A DNA stretch of 63,543 nt, the filler included, from Octopus bimaculoides (Eukaryota): the NCBI RefSeq assembly GCF_001194135.2. It is 6 parts of 5 records of this genome, joined end to end, with 100 filler letters (N's around TTAATTAATTAA, not from the genome) between each part and the next. Parts side by side here need not be neighbours in the genome. Positions count along the whole stretch, not along the records: positions 1 to 24,163 come from NC_068988.1; 5 more parts are not named here. The stretch is one strand, 5' to 3'. This document shows, one piece after another, positions 1 to 13,624 of the stretch. The position numbers and the translations under genes are program-made. The notes below the pieces were generated by a model. That model made no database searches, was not told the DNA's origin, and saw only the letters and a program-made list of their open reading frames with translations. How positions within the stretch are numbered: position 1 is the first letter of the stretch; every line of letters starts with the position of its first letter.

Positions 1-228
1 TATATATATATGTGAAGGTGCGTGTGTGTGTGTGTATGTATGTATGTGTGTATGTATGTATGTACATATATATATTTGCCAACTAAGTGTGGCGTCTTAT
101 ACAGGACAATGTTACTGATGTTTATAGCCCCAAGAAGACATCAGGTCCCGGTGGATAAGGACACACAATCTGTGTCAGATTCGTATTTGCAGGAGAGGTC
201 ATCGCTCTCGGCTCTAGATTTACGTAAT

Positions 229-275
229 ACACACGGACTCGAGTTTCTGGGTCCTTACCCGTCCTCAGCGTGTGT
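229..275 (-). ncRNA. Minimal type-I hammerhead ribozyme motif (family HH-1)
   Basis: Minus strand reads ACACACG CUGAGGA c GGGU aagg ACCC a GAAAC UCGA GUC CGUGUGU. It has a 7-bp helix I, a CUGANGA/GAAA core, a 4-bp helix II, a palindromic loop III (ACUCGAGU) and a GUC triplet. Confidence 0.75.
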
Positions 276-1843
276 TAATCACCAGCTAGCAATGAAAGTT
301 CATTCCACATATACATATATATATAGATTATATATATNNNNNNNNNNNNNNNNNNNNNNNNNNNNNNNNNNNNNNNNNNNNNNNNNNNNNNNNNNNNNNN
401 NNNNNNNNNNNNNNNNNNNNNNNNNNNNNNNNNNNNNNNNNNNNNNNNNNNNNNNNNNNNNNNNNNNNNNNNNNNNNNNNNNNNNNNNNNNNNNNNNNNN
501 NNNNNNNNNNNNNNNNNNNNNNNNNNNNNNNNNNNNNNNNNNNNATGCTGGGGTTTTAAATTAAATTTGACTATTTATTTCAGTCACAGTTACCATATTT
601 AAAGGACATGTTCTTCAAAACTTTGGTTTTACGGTGAGTATGTGGTACAAGATCGGATTGTTTCTGATTTGTCTCATCAACATTGAAAACGCATCATTTT
701 CATATCTACCGAAATAACAAGAAGAAATACCGAGGTTCAATATCGTACTTTTACTACACCAACACCCGGAAAAATTGCATTAAGGTAATAAAACGGATAT
801 ATTTTGAGAATGAATCATTCTTAAAATTCATTAATAAATTGATTTTTAAAAATAACCACGAAGCATTCACGTAATTATTTTGGAAACCACATAAAGACTA
901 AATAGATTAAATTGATTAGTTAATTTGTTAATTCATTTATTCCTTGATTGGCTCGATGACAAATTCTAAGCGAATGAAATATGTGAATATTGTCGAAGAG
1001 AAAACATAATGATACCAAATTTATTAAACTAAGTCTGACGTCTTTTACCACGATAATTGAATGAAACTGCGATAGAAAGCATAGTATGTTTTATTTGAAT
1101 ACACAAGCATTTCTATCTGTAACCATTTAAAATCAAAAATCGGTTTATTCAATGTGTGTTTAGTGCACTTGTGCATTTATATATAAACTATTCTTTTCTA
1201 CTTTAGGTACCATTCGGTTAGATCGACCCCAGTACGCAACTAGTACTTAATTTATCGACCCTGAAATGATTAAAAGCAAAGTCGAATTCGGCGGAATTTG
1301 AACGCAGGACATAAGGAGAGACAAAATAGATTTTACATATAAAATATAAAGCAGAACTGGTAAATGATGGGTGAGCAGAGTCTAGCAGATTCAGTTACAA
1401 ATATTCGACAAATTACTTCTCGTTTCACAAAGTCCACACGTGCTTCTAAATAAAGCAAGAACGAAGAACATCCAAGAAATGATGAGAGTAAAGTATTTTA
1501 ATTAATACATCTGTAAATGTGTAAGAGATGTAACTGATGAAATCAAACCAAACAATTTCCTTCAGATTTCAATCCTTCTCTAATTAATTCGATATTTAAC
1601 GACCTATTATGTGTTCCTGTAAAGATAAACCTCGATGGCAATGCCATGGCCAAAAATATTTGACTGCTGTTTTTTCTCTCAAAGAGGTATGCCTTCCCGT
1701 TGATGTACTTTATATCCTGGCACATTTCCATGCTCACTTGCAAATAACAACGGTGGCAAAACTATATTGGAGTTGATAACATGTTATATATTATCATTAT
1801 CACATTGATAACAAAATCATTGTGGAATACATACACACAAACA

Positions 1844-1971
<128 letters not shown>

Positions 1972-1977
1972 AGTTGG

Positions 1978-2828
1978 ATAATTATAAACATAATTAAAAT
2001 TAGGGTTCAGCAAAACTTGCTTCACTAAAGACCAAAAATTAGAAATAGCAGTCAAAACTACTATTTCACTACCTTAATATATCTGCTAGACAGTAGAACT
2101 CGGAACTCACGCAGGCAAAAAAGAAAAAAACAACGAATCTACCCGGCATTGGTTAACCGTATACACGTTTTAGGATTAAAGAGGTGTAAATTATATTACC
2201 CGATCTTATTTCCATCTTCAGTACAGTATTCCAAATTATAAATCCGAGAATGCTAATAAAAGAATAATTAATTCGACGATGCGTCATCAAACGATTATCC
2301 AGAAACAGCATTTCCGGATTCATATACACGAATAAGAAAGTCGTATCATTCCTCAATTACCCACGTGCGCTACGAGAAATCCCGCAGAAACTACAGTTTT
2401 CAATCAGGGAGTTAATTATGTAATTCTTACAGATACAGGGTAAAAATTAGTAATTAATTAATAATTAATAATTTTACCAAGTAGTTCAGTGTGTTAAAAA
2501 ATCATTATCGGTAAACTTATACAAAAGTTTTATAATTATAAACATAATTAAAATTAGGGTTCAGCAAAAATTGCTTCACCACAAGGTCGAATTAATTATT
2601 CTTTTATTTGTATTCTCGGATTTATAATTTGGAATACTGTACTGAAGGTGGAAATAAGATCGGGTCATATAATTTACACTACTTTAATCCTGAAACGCGT
2701 AAACAGTTAATCAAAGCCGGGTAGATTCGTTATTTTTTTCTTTTTAGCCTTTGTAAGTTGCGAATGCTACTGTCTGGGAAATATATTTTGGTAGCGAAAG
2801 AGTAGTTTTAACTGCTATTTCTAATTTC
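1978..2828. repeat. Fold-back repeat: arms 2034-2277 and 2586-2828 inverted; 48-bp direct repeat at 1978-2025 and 2532-2579
   Basis: By-eye alignment, e.g. ttccatcttcagtacagtattccaaattataaatccgagaat versus attctcggatttataatttggaatactgtactgaaggtggaa. Confidence 0.85.
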
Positions 2829-2884
2829 GGTGTACATATATATACATACATNNNNNNNNNNNNNNNNNNNNNNNNNNNNNNNNN

Positions 2885-2927
<43 letters not shown>

Positions 2928-4731
2928 ATGTATGTATATGTATGTATATATATATATATATAAACATATATATGCATATCAAGTTAAGGGAAACATTATA
3001 CATATATAAATGAAAGCTGATTTATTAATGCAGGTCCCTCAAAGAGTTTCACCAATCTACTCACTGTAGTAGGCAAGGCGTCTTGAACCTGTAGCCTACG
3101 TTTTAAGAATAGGATACAATTTAAATTTAATTAAAATTTTTAATTCATTTCGTCTTGCTCAAGGCCTGATATTCATGCCTATGTTACTTTGATGATAAGT
3201 TTTCGTAATAACTGCTGATATCGATTTACGACAGTGTCGATGACGAAAATAATGTTTCGCTGTATATGAAAATTTGTTTTGCAGAATCTGAGTGAATAAT
3301 CGGACTTTGGGCATAAAATCTGGAATATTGCATGAACCGAAGGGACAGAAGAAAAATTCAATATCGAAGTATTTGAAATCAGTACATAAAGATAGACGGA
3401 ATGCCACCTAGCATTATACCCGAGGTGCTAACAATGCTAGTTCGTCAACTCAGAACCATTTAAAAATATTATTTCGAAGGTTGATAAATGGCCAAGAATT
3501 TCGGAGGTTTTGTGAAGTCGATTAAGTCGTCAACCAGTACTTATGTTATCGAATGCATCGGCAGAATTTTATCTCAGAACGGGACAACAGACGGAATGTC
3601 ATTAAGCAGTTCTAACGCTTTCAGTATCTCGCCGCCTGAGAAAATCTTTAAATGTTCCTTTCTACCAAAGTCCCAAGGCCGAAATTTGGTAGGAGGTAAC
3701 TACATCGAACCCAGTGTTTTGTTGGTCCTTAATGTATCGACCCCAAACGGATGAAGGCAGAATTTGAATTCAGAATATAAAGACAATTGAAATACTTCTA
3801 AACATTTTGCCTGCCGTACTAACGCTGCTACCAGGTCGCCACGTTAACCACTTTAAATAATAGCATGTGCTTTCTTCTATGTGAAACAATTTGAGAGATA
3901 CAAGGTATTTATAAAACGTGCTTGTACAAGCTATCACTGAAATTTCGATGTAAATTCATGGTAAATAAAAGAAATGCAATTTCATTCACTTTGTATAACA
4001 ATTTATTTAAAACGAGCTCTAATATTTATTTATAATACTTGTTGTGACTAATCCGCCACAAAAACAAAAAATACAAAACAAAAACACTATAAAATTAAAT
4101 ATATTTAGTAGTTAGTATATTCCCAAGGTATGCTTTAAATTATTGATATCAATGATATCAAAATAGTTCACGATATTTTGAAGGAAAGCTATTCAATACA
4201 AAATGCATATGGCTAAAATCGCAATGACGATAAATTCATTCACCAACCGCAATAATGTATCATTCGTTATTCTTCATGAAAGTTCACGATGTAATGCTGA
4301 TACAAAATTAACTTTGCTGCTGGCAAATTTGCTAACTTGCATATTTTAGAATTAACGACGCGAACAAACGTCACGAAGCATTTGCTAATTTAAACTGTAT
4401 TTTCGTATATTTACATTATTATCTTCGTAAGTAGTGTATAGATTAGTTAAAGTAGTATGTTTGAGTGCAAGATATTAAAACATACACCCAAAGGCACACA
4501 AAACCGCATACACATCTACTTACACAAGCACCTATACTTATACATCTCTCTCTCTCTCTCCCTATATATATATATATATATATATANNNNNNNNNNNNNN
4601 NNNNNNNNNNNNNNNNNNNNNNNNNNNNNNNNNNNNNNNNNNNNNNNNNNNNNNNNNNNNNNNNNNNNNNNNNNNNNNNNNNNNNNNNNNNNNNNNNNNN
4701 NNNNNNNNNNNNNNNNNNNNNNNNNNNNNNN

Positions 4732-4788
<57 letters not shown>

Positions 4789-5953
4789 CACGCGCGCGTG
4801 AGTGTAGCAAAAGAGAGGATAGGCTTACATTCCTGAAATATAACAATTGTAATAAGGTTTCTTTTTCTACTTCTGCGCCCCAACGCTCCAAACAAGATAT
4901 ATGTTCACGTTTTACAAATGCAATTTTGAAGCACTTTACTTGCAGGTCCGTAGCCGTGTTGTATGAATTTTACTAATATATTTCTCCTTCTGTATTATAG
5001 AGTATAATGCATAAGGAAACGATTCATGCTTTGGACCTTCCCTGTTAATACCTGGTCTACACTCCTAGGCATTATACAGTCTATTTCTAGAATTCATCAC
5101 GGCTCTATAAAATATCTATACAGCTTTATATGTTTGGATTAATATAAAAACTGAACTTTTGATGGGAAGCATTTAAATACTCTTGTATAAACAAAATATT
5201 ACGCAGCATGTTATCTTGTTATGAAACAAAACCTATTGTTACACTCTTAATTCAAATAATGCCGACGATTACTTTGCGATCCTGAGGTCAATTCTTCATA
5301 TTGCAAATTACCATCATCCTAGTTTGCTACATAATATTACGTATTTATATCTATAGAATTAGATACATGGCCCATTTGGTAATTAAGTAGCTAATCATGT
5401 TGATTATAGTAAGTGAATTAATTGCTATTATTAAAATTCTTCAAGCATGCGAATATGTCTTTGCTGATGAATATGATATTATAGATGTTTAGATTCCATG
5501 CATATACAGAGACACGATAATTCACAGATTATGGTTGTAATACACTGGATTAATAGCCAATTTTATAATAATCAAATTAATACCATTAATTTATATGAAT
5601 ATTATATAGTATACTGCTTTTCTTAGCGCGGCTTATGCGATAGTAATTATGCAATGAATATGAGTTACATGTCGAACGTTTAAATTTATATAACAGAAAA
5701 AATCGATGCTATTTGTCCCTATTAATACTTAATCTGTTTATTGTTATTAAATATATTACAGCCAAAGATTCTTCCAAGAGTTCAAAGATGGTTCTGAGAC
5801 ATGATTTGTTTGCAGAGACATAGTTCGTAAAGGAAATTATAAGCTTTAAGATTATAGGAATACAGTTAGGGACAAAAGACGCATACACACAAATATATAG
5901 AAACATACGGACATACATAATTGCACATGTATTACTTACGGTCCATGAAATAG

Positions 5954-6030
<77 letters not shown>

Positions 6031-6502
6031 NNNNNNNNNNNNNNNNNNNNNNNNNNNNNNNNNNNNNNNNNNNNNNNNNNNNNNNNNNNNNNNNNNNNNN
6101 NNNNNNNNNNNNNNNNNNNNNNNNNNNNNNNNNNNNNNNNNNNNNNNNNNNNNNNNNNNNNNNNNNNNNNNNNNNNNNNNNNNNNNNNNNNNNNNNNNNN
6201 NNNNNNNNNNNNNNNNNNNNNNNNNNNNNNNNNNNNNNNNNNNNNNNNNNNNNNNNNNATATCATTCTAGATCTTAGAACATTTATAAACATTACGTTTA
6301 TTCAAGATATTACAGAAAATCTGTATTTCGTAGGGTATGTTATCGTCAAGATTAAAATGTGGAGGGGTAAGTACGAAATGATTTTTGCAAAAGCTGTACA
6401 TTCGCAGTGCTGGAAAATGTAGAATATTATAACATGAAAAATATATTCTGCATCATATTAGGATGAGTCTCTTTTTCCATACATTAAGTGTATGGTTCTT
6501 GC

Positions 6503-6999
6503 CTATGATTGTTTTGTCAATGAATAATGTTTAATCCATGAGCTATTAATTGTAATACAACCAGAAATATATAGAAAATCCGAATATTTCTTATCCGACC
6601 AACAAGCGGTACCCTGCTTCATGAATGCCATTTTTTCGTTGTTGGAAACAGTATACCAGGTGTGTTTACTGTAATCCATAGCTAACATCTGGTTGCAAAT
6701 AATCTAAGTGGTAACCTTAACAAATGACTGCTCGCTCTTATCACAGTAGTAAATAAAAGGCATGTTCTCAATTCTCCACTGTTCCAAAAGCTCTGTACTG
6801 AAAATGATGAATATTTTGAACTTACCTTGTGGCACACAGAACTGTTAAAGGGAAATTGTCTGAATGTTCCTATTCCCTTTTAAACACAGTTGTTGAATTC
6901 TTTCAAGACACTGTCCTTCGTGATGGAGCAATAAACATCAAGCATAACATTGCTTATATGGCAAATATATTCACAAGCTTCACTAAAACTAATTTGCAA
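6503..6999 (-). pseudogene. Candidate two-exon spliced remnant (exons 6999-6826 and 6688-6503) with one in-frame stop
   Basis: Acceptor tttcctaacag, a 174-nt exon, donor AAG/GTAAGT, a 137-nt intron, acceptor ttatttgcaaccag, then 61 in-frame codons. The product is not recognised. Confidence 0.3.
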
Positions 7000-9900
7000 C
7001 TGTTAGGAAATGAGATTAAACCTTATTAAAATAAAACCAGTTCGGTCCCCGTTTCTATATAAGTTAAAGTTATTCAAATATAGCATACAACGCTGTCACT
7101 CATTCCAGTTTCCTAGCCTCTGTGAATTGGAGAAGGAAAAGTAAATTGCTGACGATGACATTCAAGCGTAATGGTCAGACCTGGATGATTTGCCCAGAAA
7201 CAACCTGATAGGTTTCAGGGTCATTATTTTTGATTAAAATAACACTTTGAGTGTTACCTAGATATATATAATGAGAAAACAAATATAACAGAGGAAGAAC
7301 TGGTTTCACTTGAAAATGACATTCAGCTAAGGCAAATATTGAAAAAACAATTATACCAGGATTTTCTAACTGCTTATCGGCACTGCTGAACAAATTCAAA
7401 ATGTACTTCATTGCTTTCTAACACCATATTTTTTGAGCGGGACTTCAGTGCAGTTACCGAGAATCTGTCTAAGCAAAGAAATTGCTGAAAGAAGGGGTAA
7501 ACGACTACTTCTTAGTAATTTTCAGCTTGATTACGAGAATCATATATCACTCATCAATGTACATCCATCGCAGTAAAATATGAAAGCGATGTAATTACGT
7601 GTGAGACGAAGATTTATTCTTTCATAGTTTTGGCCTAACGCTGAGCACCGAGTTATAGTCACGATATATCTAATTTCACCAGAGTGTGTCTACGTCTGTG
7701 AACTTTCCAGTGTACATATGTATATAAAGTATACTGTAGCTTCACTACATACAGGTATGCATCCTTAATTTACAAGTACAAACACGCTTACATAACAAAA
7801 TTAGCTTGTCGTCTCACCTGCATATATAGATATTGCTTTTCTTTCGTGAATAAATGTATGTCAAGGATAAGCATATACGTACATAGGTGAAGACATATGC
7901 ATGTTTAGAAAGTGGCACGTACGTTTATCTATACAGACCCAAGCATTATATACATGCATATCTATATATATTCTTTACTTATTTCACTATACTTGATCAC
8001 CTTTAGTTTCTACATTGATACATATGCCTCATTTCAACAAGTTTTGTACTCCATTCTCTCAGGGAAATGAGAGTACATACATACATTTCGGTACATACAT
8101 ACGTACACAAGTCCTTCCATTTCAGTTTCCGTTATGAAAACATATGCTTCTAAATATATAGCCAACTGCCTACTACCAACATGTATATTTATTGACATAT
8201 ATATGCAGCCACGTTTTCTCTGTATTGTTGGTGTCTCAATTTTATCATCATTTATGCTTAAATGCCGGCGCATTCTTTCTCCAATAATTCTCCAGCGACT
8301 ACTATTGTTTACATAATTATATACAAATTCCCATTGAGAATTATCTAATTGAACAATATTTACAAAGCATATTTTCAATTCTGCAGTTATTCTGTCGGTT
8401 TACATAATATAATATATCTAAATATATGTATGTCTGTGTCACACACAGACATATATATATGCACATACATGTGTGTGTGTGTGCATGTGCATATGTATGT
8501 ACATATGTACGTAAGTATGTACGTATATATGTGCGCTTGTATGTACGTATATATGTACGTATGTATGTACAGACATGAATATCATTTTAATTATAGTTTC
8601 ATTCTGAGAGATGCCGGCCATAAACTCTAAGATATTTGCCATAGAAAAAGACGCATTTACCACATTTCATATCTCATGTATGAATTAACTACATGTTGTG
8701 TAAGTAATTATCTTTAACTTAAAGCAGAATGACAATAATGTAGCTATTACAAATTAAGTAGTTTCTCTGTAATACAATTAGTATAACATCCGCCGAGGCT
8801 TTGGTATATACAAAATCTGCAGAACAAAAATTTAAATGCATGAAGACAGCAGAAATGCATTGCATTGCATTGTTTTCTCATGAAGATATTCATTTCAAAC
8901 CCACTAGAAATTTAGTTCCTCTTGTATGCAGGAACTATGTTTTGCCGATGCTCTACCAGTTAACTTTTTGTAAAACCTCACCATACGAACAGTCTATGAG
9001 AATTTCAAATTAAATGTGTTACAAATTCCAAACAAGTCAGAATACTTATCACATCTTCCTTCAGTCAGAGCTGAGCAAGAGTTCAACAAGATCTTCTTCC
9101 ATTGAGATATCTGTTCTGTGTGTATCATAATAGGTGATAGTGTACTGGATCAGAACAGTCATTTGCATATCGCGGAAACTTCCATACAATAACCTTCTTG
9201 CGTTGTTTTGAACTGCTATCACGGTGAGCTTTACATTTCATCATTTCAGACAAGTCGAATCACAGGACGGATGAAATACATGATTTGTTTCCTTATAAAT
9301 TTCTGAGAAAGAACTTGAGTATTATAATTGACAAGGCTCGTTCTAATGTCATATGATTCTAGAATCATTCCTCCTTTGTTTTCACGAGCACCAACCAAAT
9401 GCAATCAATCTTCCTTTGGACGAGTTAATCCAATATCACTCATAAGTTTATGAAATTCTCGTATTGTCGATTTTTTGTAAGAATGTTTGCTACAGCACTT
9501 CAAATTTCAAGAAAAATCATACTTAATTATCCACTTTCGTTACAAACCATCTGTAATCCCAATTTGCCACTACTTAGGTGTTTGTAATCTGTGCCATTCA
9601 CCCTAAGCCCGTTTTCCCGATGATGTACTTTTAGCAAATGTTACATTACTAAATAAGACCAACTTCGTTACCAGTTTCCAACGACAAGTTGCATCTCTAA
9701 AGTTCATGAAAAAGTTGCTGCAATTAGTTTTCAATCAGGCGTCAGCTTCATGTGCAGACATAAATCGAAATCCGTCCATCATGTTAAGTATGTTTATATT
9801 TGTTATCTATATATGTTATGTGGCGGGTAGGGTGGCTTGCAAGGGCTATGACGTCCACTGTCCACAACTTCTATGTAAGTATATCATGTTTTAGTACAGT

Positions 9901-11679
9901 GGGCACGCTGTTACTATTTCTAACAGGCTCAGCAACTGTAAAGATGATAACGACTTGTCTCAAATTTGTAGTGATTGAAAATTATATTGCATTTATTGGG
10001 TGTCTTGAATAGTTCCTACAACGCAAGCCTTGAACACTGAAATTTTTAAACACAACCTTCTGGATAATATTTTTCACAATACGTTTAACTAGGCGTTATT
10101 ATGGAATGTAGCCGTACATTCATTAAGTCGGGATGTCATAATCATAGTGTGATTTGGTTGCTAATTTTTTTAAGGCAATCGACAGATAAAGACCCCAATG
10201 TTTCAGCTAACTATTTATACCAATGGCCATAAGGATTGCCATAAACAATTTTCTCTAATCTCTTTACATCTGTAATTATACATAACGAAATAAAACTTTC
10301 GTTATACAATTAGACATTAAACCAATGCCTTCAATATCTCCCATGTTCAGTGACTGAATATTAAGTGGAATTCATATATTGAATTTAACATTTGCTTCTG
10401 GGACTTACACGAAGTGAGAGTGTGTACTGAAATTGAAGCAGGTACATCGCAAGAGATGCATTATAAACGTTTAGTTAGATAGAAAAATCGTGAAATTGTA
10501 TTGATATTTATTTCATGAATCATCAAATATCTGATGCACGAAAGCAACACATGAATCGACACGGTTTTCCTGCGGTTTTGTTAATAGAACCTCATCAGTT
10601 ATCCTTTGTGAGAGTTCGAGGGTGGATCCATAATGTATAATGTAAATGTTTGTAATGAGCATGTTCATAGGTTGAGATTTTGTCCGGTTTAGGATGGTAT
10701 TTGTAAGAGAAGTGTATAAAACGTCTCATTGACTAAATGTTTTTAAAGTGATTATTTCAAATTTCTTTTAAACCTGGAATTTGTTATTCACTTTCGCGTT
10801 CAATTTTAATGGTCTTATGGAAATTGAGTAAAGATTTAGCATTTTAAAAACCTTGTTACAATTCTTATAAAAACTTTACCCGGAAGAGAAGGAATATTTT
10901 GGAGAAATTTCCATAATTAGCAGGTAATAAACACAAAATATCAGCACATGTATAATTTTCATATCCTCATTATAGAATGAATGATTATAATTCAAAAGTT
11001 ACGTTGGTAATCTATTTGAAAGGGATTGTATTCTGATAACGACAGTGAAAGTAAAAATTCCAACTGAACGATTATTGGTTGCAAAACATATAGTGGTGAC
11101 TAAATATATATTATAAACGGTGCAACCGGAGTTAATTCCTAATCCGTCACATAACAGCATCATACAAGTAATAAAATAAAAACAAATACGAGAACTCCAA
11201 CACCAAACGGGAGAAAAATTGATTTCTACTATTCTGATTTATTTCCGTACACACATTACACTACTCTGTAAAATTACGCTGAACTGATATTTTTTCTCTC
11301 TGAAACCTGTTTACAAAAAAAAAAGATTCCAAAAGGTAATTCTAAGCATTTGACTGTAGATTTCATTTTTATGAAACTTTCATTAATTAAGTACACGTTC
11401 TCCACACATTCGGCAAAAATGATCGCTTACTGCGTTGGTATTGAGAAATATAGTTAGATCCATAAGATATATACGGTCCGTAAACTGCGATCCAGTGGCT
11501 AAAGCTACAAATGGGACATTCTGCTATGAGCTCTAGTTTAATTTTGCTGCTCATCTGTCGTATCTCACTAGTCCCCTACATTAATTCCATCTGCACCTAC
11601 TCCTTGTGACTGAAAGACAATGGTCTGGCATAGTTCTTGCTCTTGGCTTTCAGTAAAAGAAAATATAGGAGGATCAGTT

Positions 11680-11900
11680 GATTATGATTTTCTATAACAT
11701 ATTTCCTGCTCAGATTCACACATCTATTGTAGTGGTCCTCTATTTTTTTCAAGCCCTGTTTAAGAACTCGAGGTTTTGGATCTCCAACCAGGCCTTAAAG
11801 ACAAGAACTTTTCAGTAATTTCTCGTGTATTTACATGATGACTTCTTTCAGTTACTATCCACTAAACCCACTTAGAAGTCTTTGTTAGATCCAGAGGTAC
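11680..11900 (-). mobile_element. Possible old mariner C-terminal remnant
   Basis: Minus strand QGLKKIEDHYNRCVNLSRKYVIE resembles the GIxKLxxRWxKCVxxxGxYVE end of mariner transposases. Confidence 0.3.
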
Positions 11901-12027
11901 AGTAGAAGACAGTTGTGAAAAGCATCAGTCTGTGCTTACGATGTATTTCAAAATTGTTGCGGGATCAATCACATCATGTGCATATGTTGTGCATTCTTAT
12001 ATATATATATATATATATATATTTTAA

Positions 12028-12127
<100 letters not shown>

Positions 12128-12489
12128 CACAAAAAGAAACACTTTCAGAAACTGATCTTTGAAATTTGCATAGTAACTATTATACATCTTGTCTGTAATT
12201 GTAAAACTTTGTCCGTCCCAGATTGCATAAACAGAAACAGACATACGCACAAATAAGCACACAGAGACACATAACCCTTAAATTCACACACGCACATGCT
12301 CAATGCTATATTTGTATTTAATATTGTATTTCTTTGACTGAAAAAACCGTTCAGTTTTTGCCTGGATGGAACATCCAGGACTCAAATAAGTAGCGAATAA
12401 GTACTCGTTAGATAATTGGTTCATCAATGTAGTTCGACACAAGCTTGCGATGTGATATATTGTAGACTCTGTGCTTCAGACTATCCTGA

Positions 12490-12800
12490 AAATAAGCAAC
12501 CAAGCGAACACTATCGAGCACTCATGGATTTTCTTACAGTAGAAATGGCACAGAAGCAGCGGAGATCTGCAGGAACGTATGCACTATGTGCAGAAAGGAT
12601 GCTGTTACTGAACGTGTGCCTTAGAAGTGTTTTCCAGGTTTGATCTGCAAAATTTTCTGTTCCAGTTACAAATCACTCTGGCCGGCCAACTAAGATAAAC
12701 AACGATAATGATATCATTTAGACTACCAGGACGATCGTAGATATTTCCCAAATATTCAAACTGTGTGTTGAAAAGAAACATCAACTTGTTTAAATCGTGA
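12490..12800 (+). mobile_element. Degraded mariner transposase N-terminus
   Basis: EHYRALMDFL...RNGTEAAEICRNVCTMCRKDAVTERV...HSGRPTKI resembles the mariner HTH region with the SGRP linker. Confidence 0.55.
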
Positions 12801-13491
12801 GACACCCACTTTGTGCCCCACATCAATTGAAAGAAGGTAACCTCAACCAACAAAGATTCATGTACAATTTGTTTCCCATATGCAAGAGACAGCAACCCCA
12901 CTTGTTTACTGAATGCTATCTATAACAATATGAAGTACAAGCATCGATGTCGGAAAAGGGTCGAACCATCATAAGCATCACCCAAAACAGAACTTCACTC
13001 TAAGTAGGATATGCCTTCAAATTATTGACGTTAGTAGGGTGTTGCATTTTACGATTCTACTCATGGAGAGAACTATCGATTCAGATGATTGCTGTGGGCA
13101 GCTGCACAAATTCAAAGCGTCTTTTATCTAGAAGTGTGAAATAATTGCTATTCATAAGAGCATTTTCTTTCATCACGACAATACCAGACGATACACTTAT
13201 TTTCAGCCGCGGTAAACGTTACAGGCAAATGGGAAGGAAATTCTGCGGCTCCCTCTATCTTCTTTTCTACTAAATTTTGGGGGAGGAGGGCAGTCGATTA
13301 GATCGCCCCCGGCACGCAACTGGTACTCCGAAAGGGTGAATAAATCTTTTTGTCATAAATTCACTTAAACAATCCGACTACATTTATGTATATATGTATA
13401 TAAACATAGTTGGTTATTTTTTATTGTATAATTACCAATATAGATATAATACATAAATACGTACATGGAAGAACATAAATGTATATAGTGT

Positions 13492-13536
<45 letters not shown>

Positions 13537-13574
13537 ATATATATATATNNNNNNNNNNNNNNNNTATGTATGTA

Positions 13575-13624
<50 letters not shown>

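Noticed and set aside
7240-7390. 48-codon acidic open frame HFECYLDIYNEKTNITEEELVSLENDIQLRQILKKQLYQDFLTAYRHC* (+)
   Set aside because: No start codon, weak acceptor, no partner exon or recognisable homology; the length is within chance.
10560-10600. CTGATGA on the minus strand followed by a GGTT/AACC stem (a similar core also at 24306)
   Set aside because: GAAAC is not adjacent to helix II and no convincing helix I/III or cleavage triplet is present.
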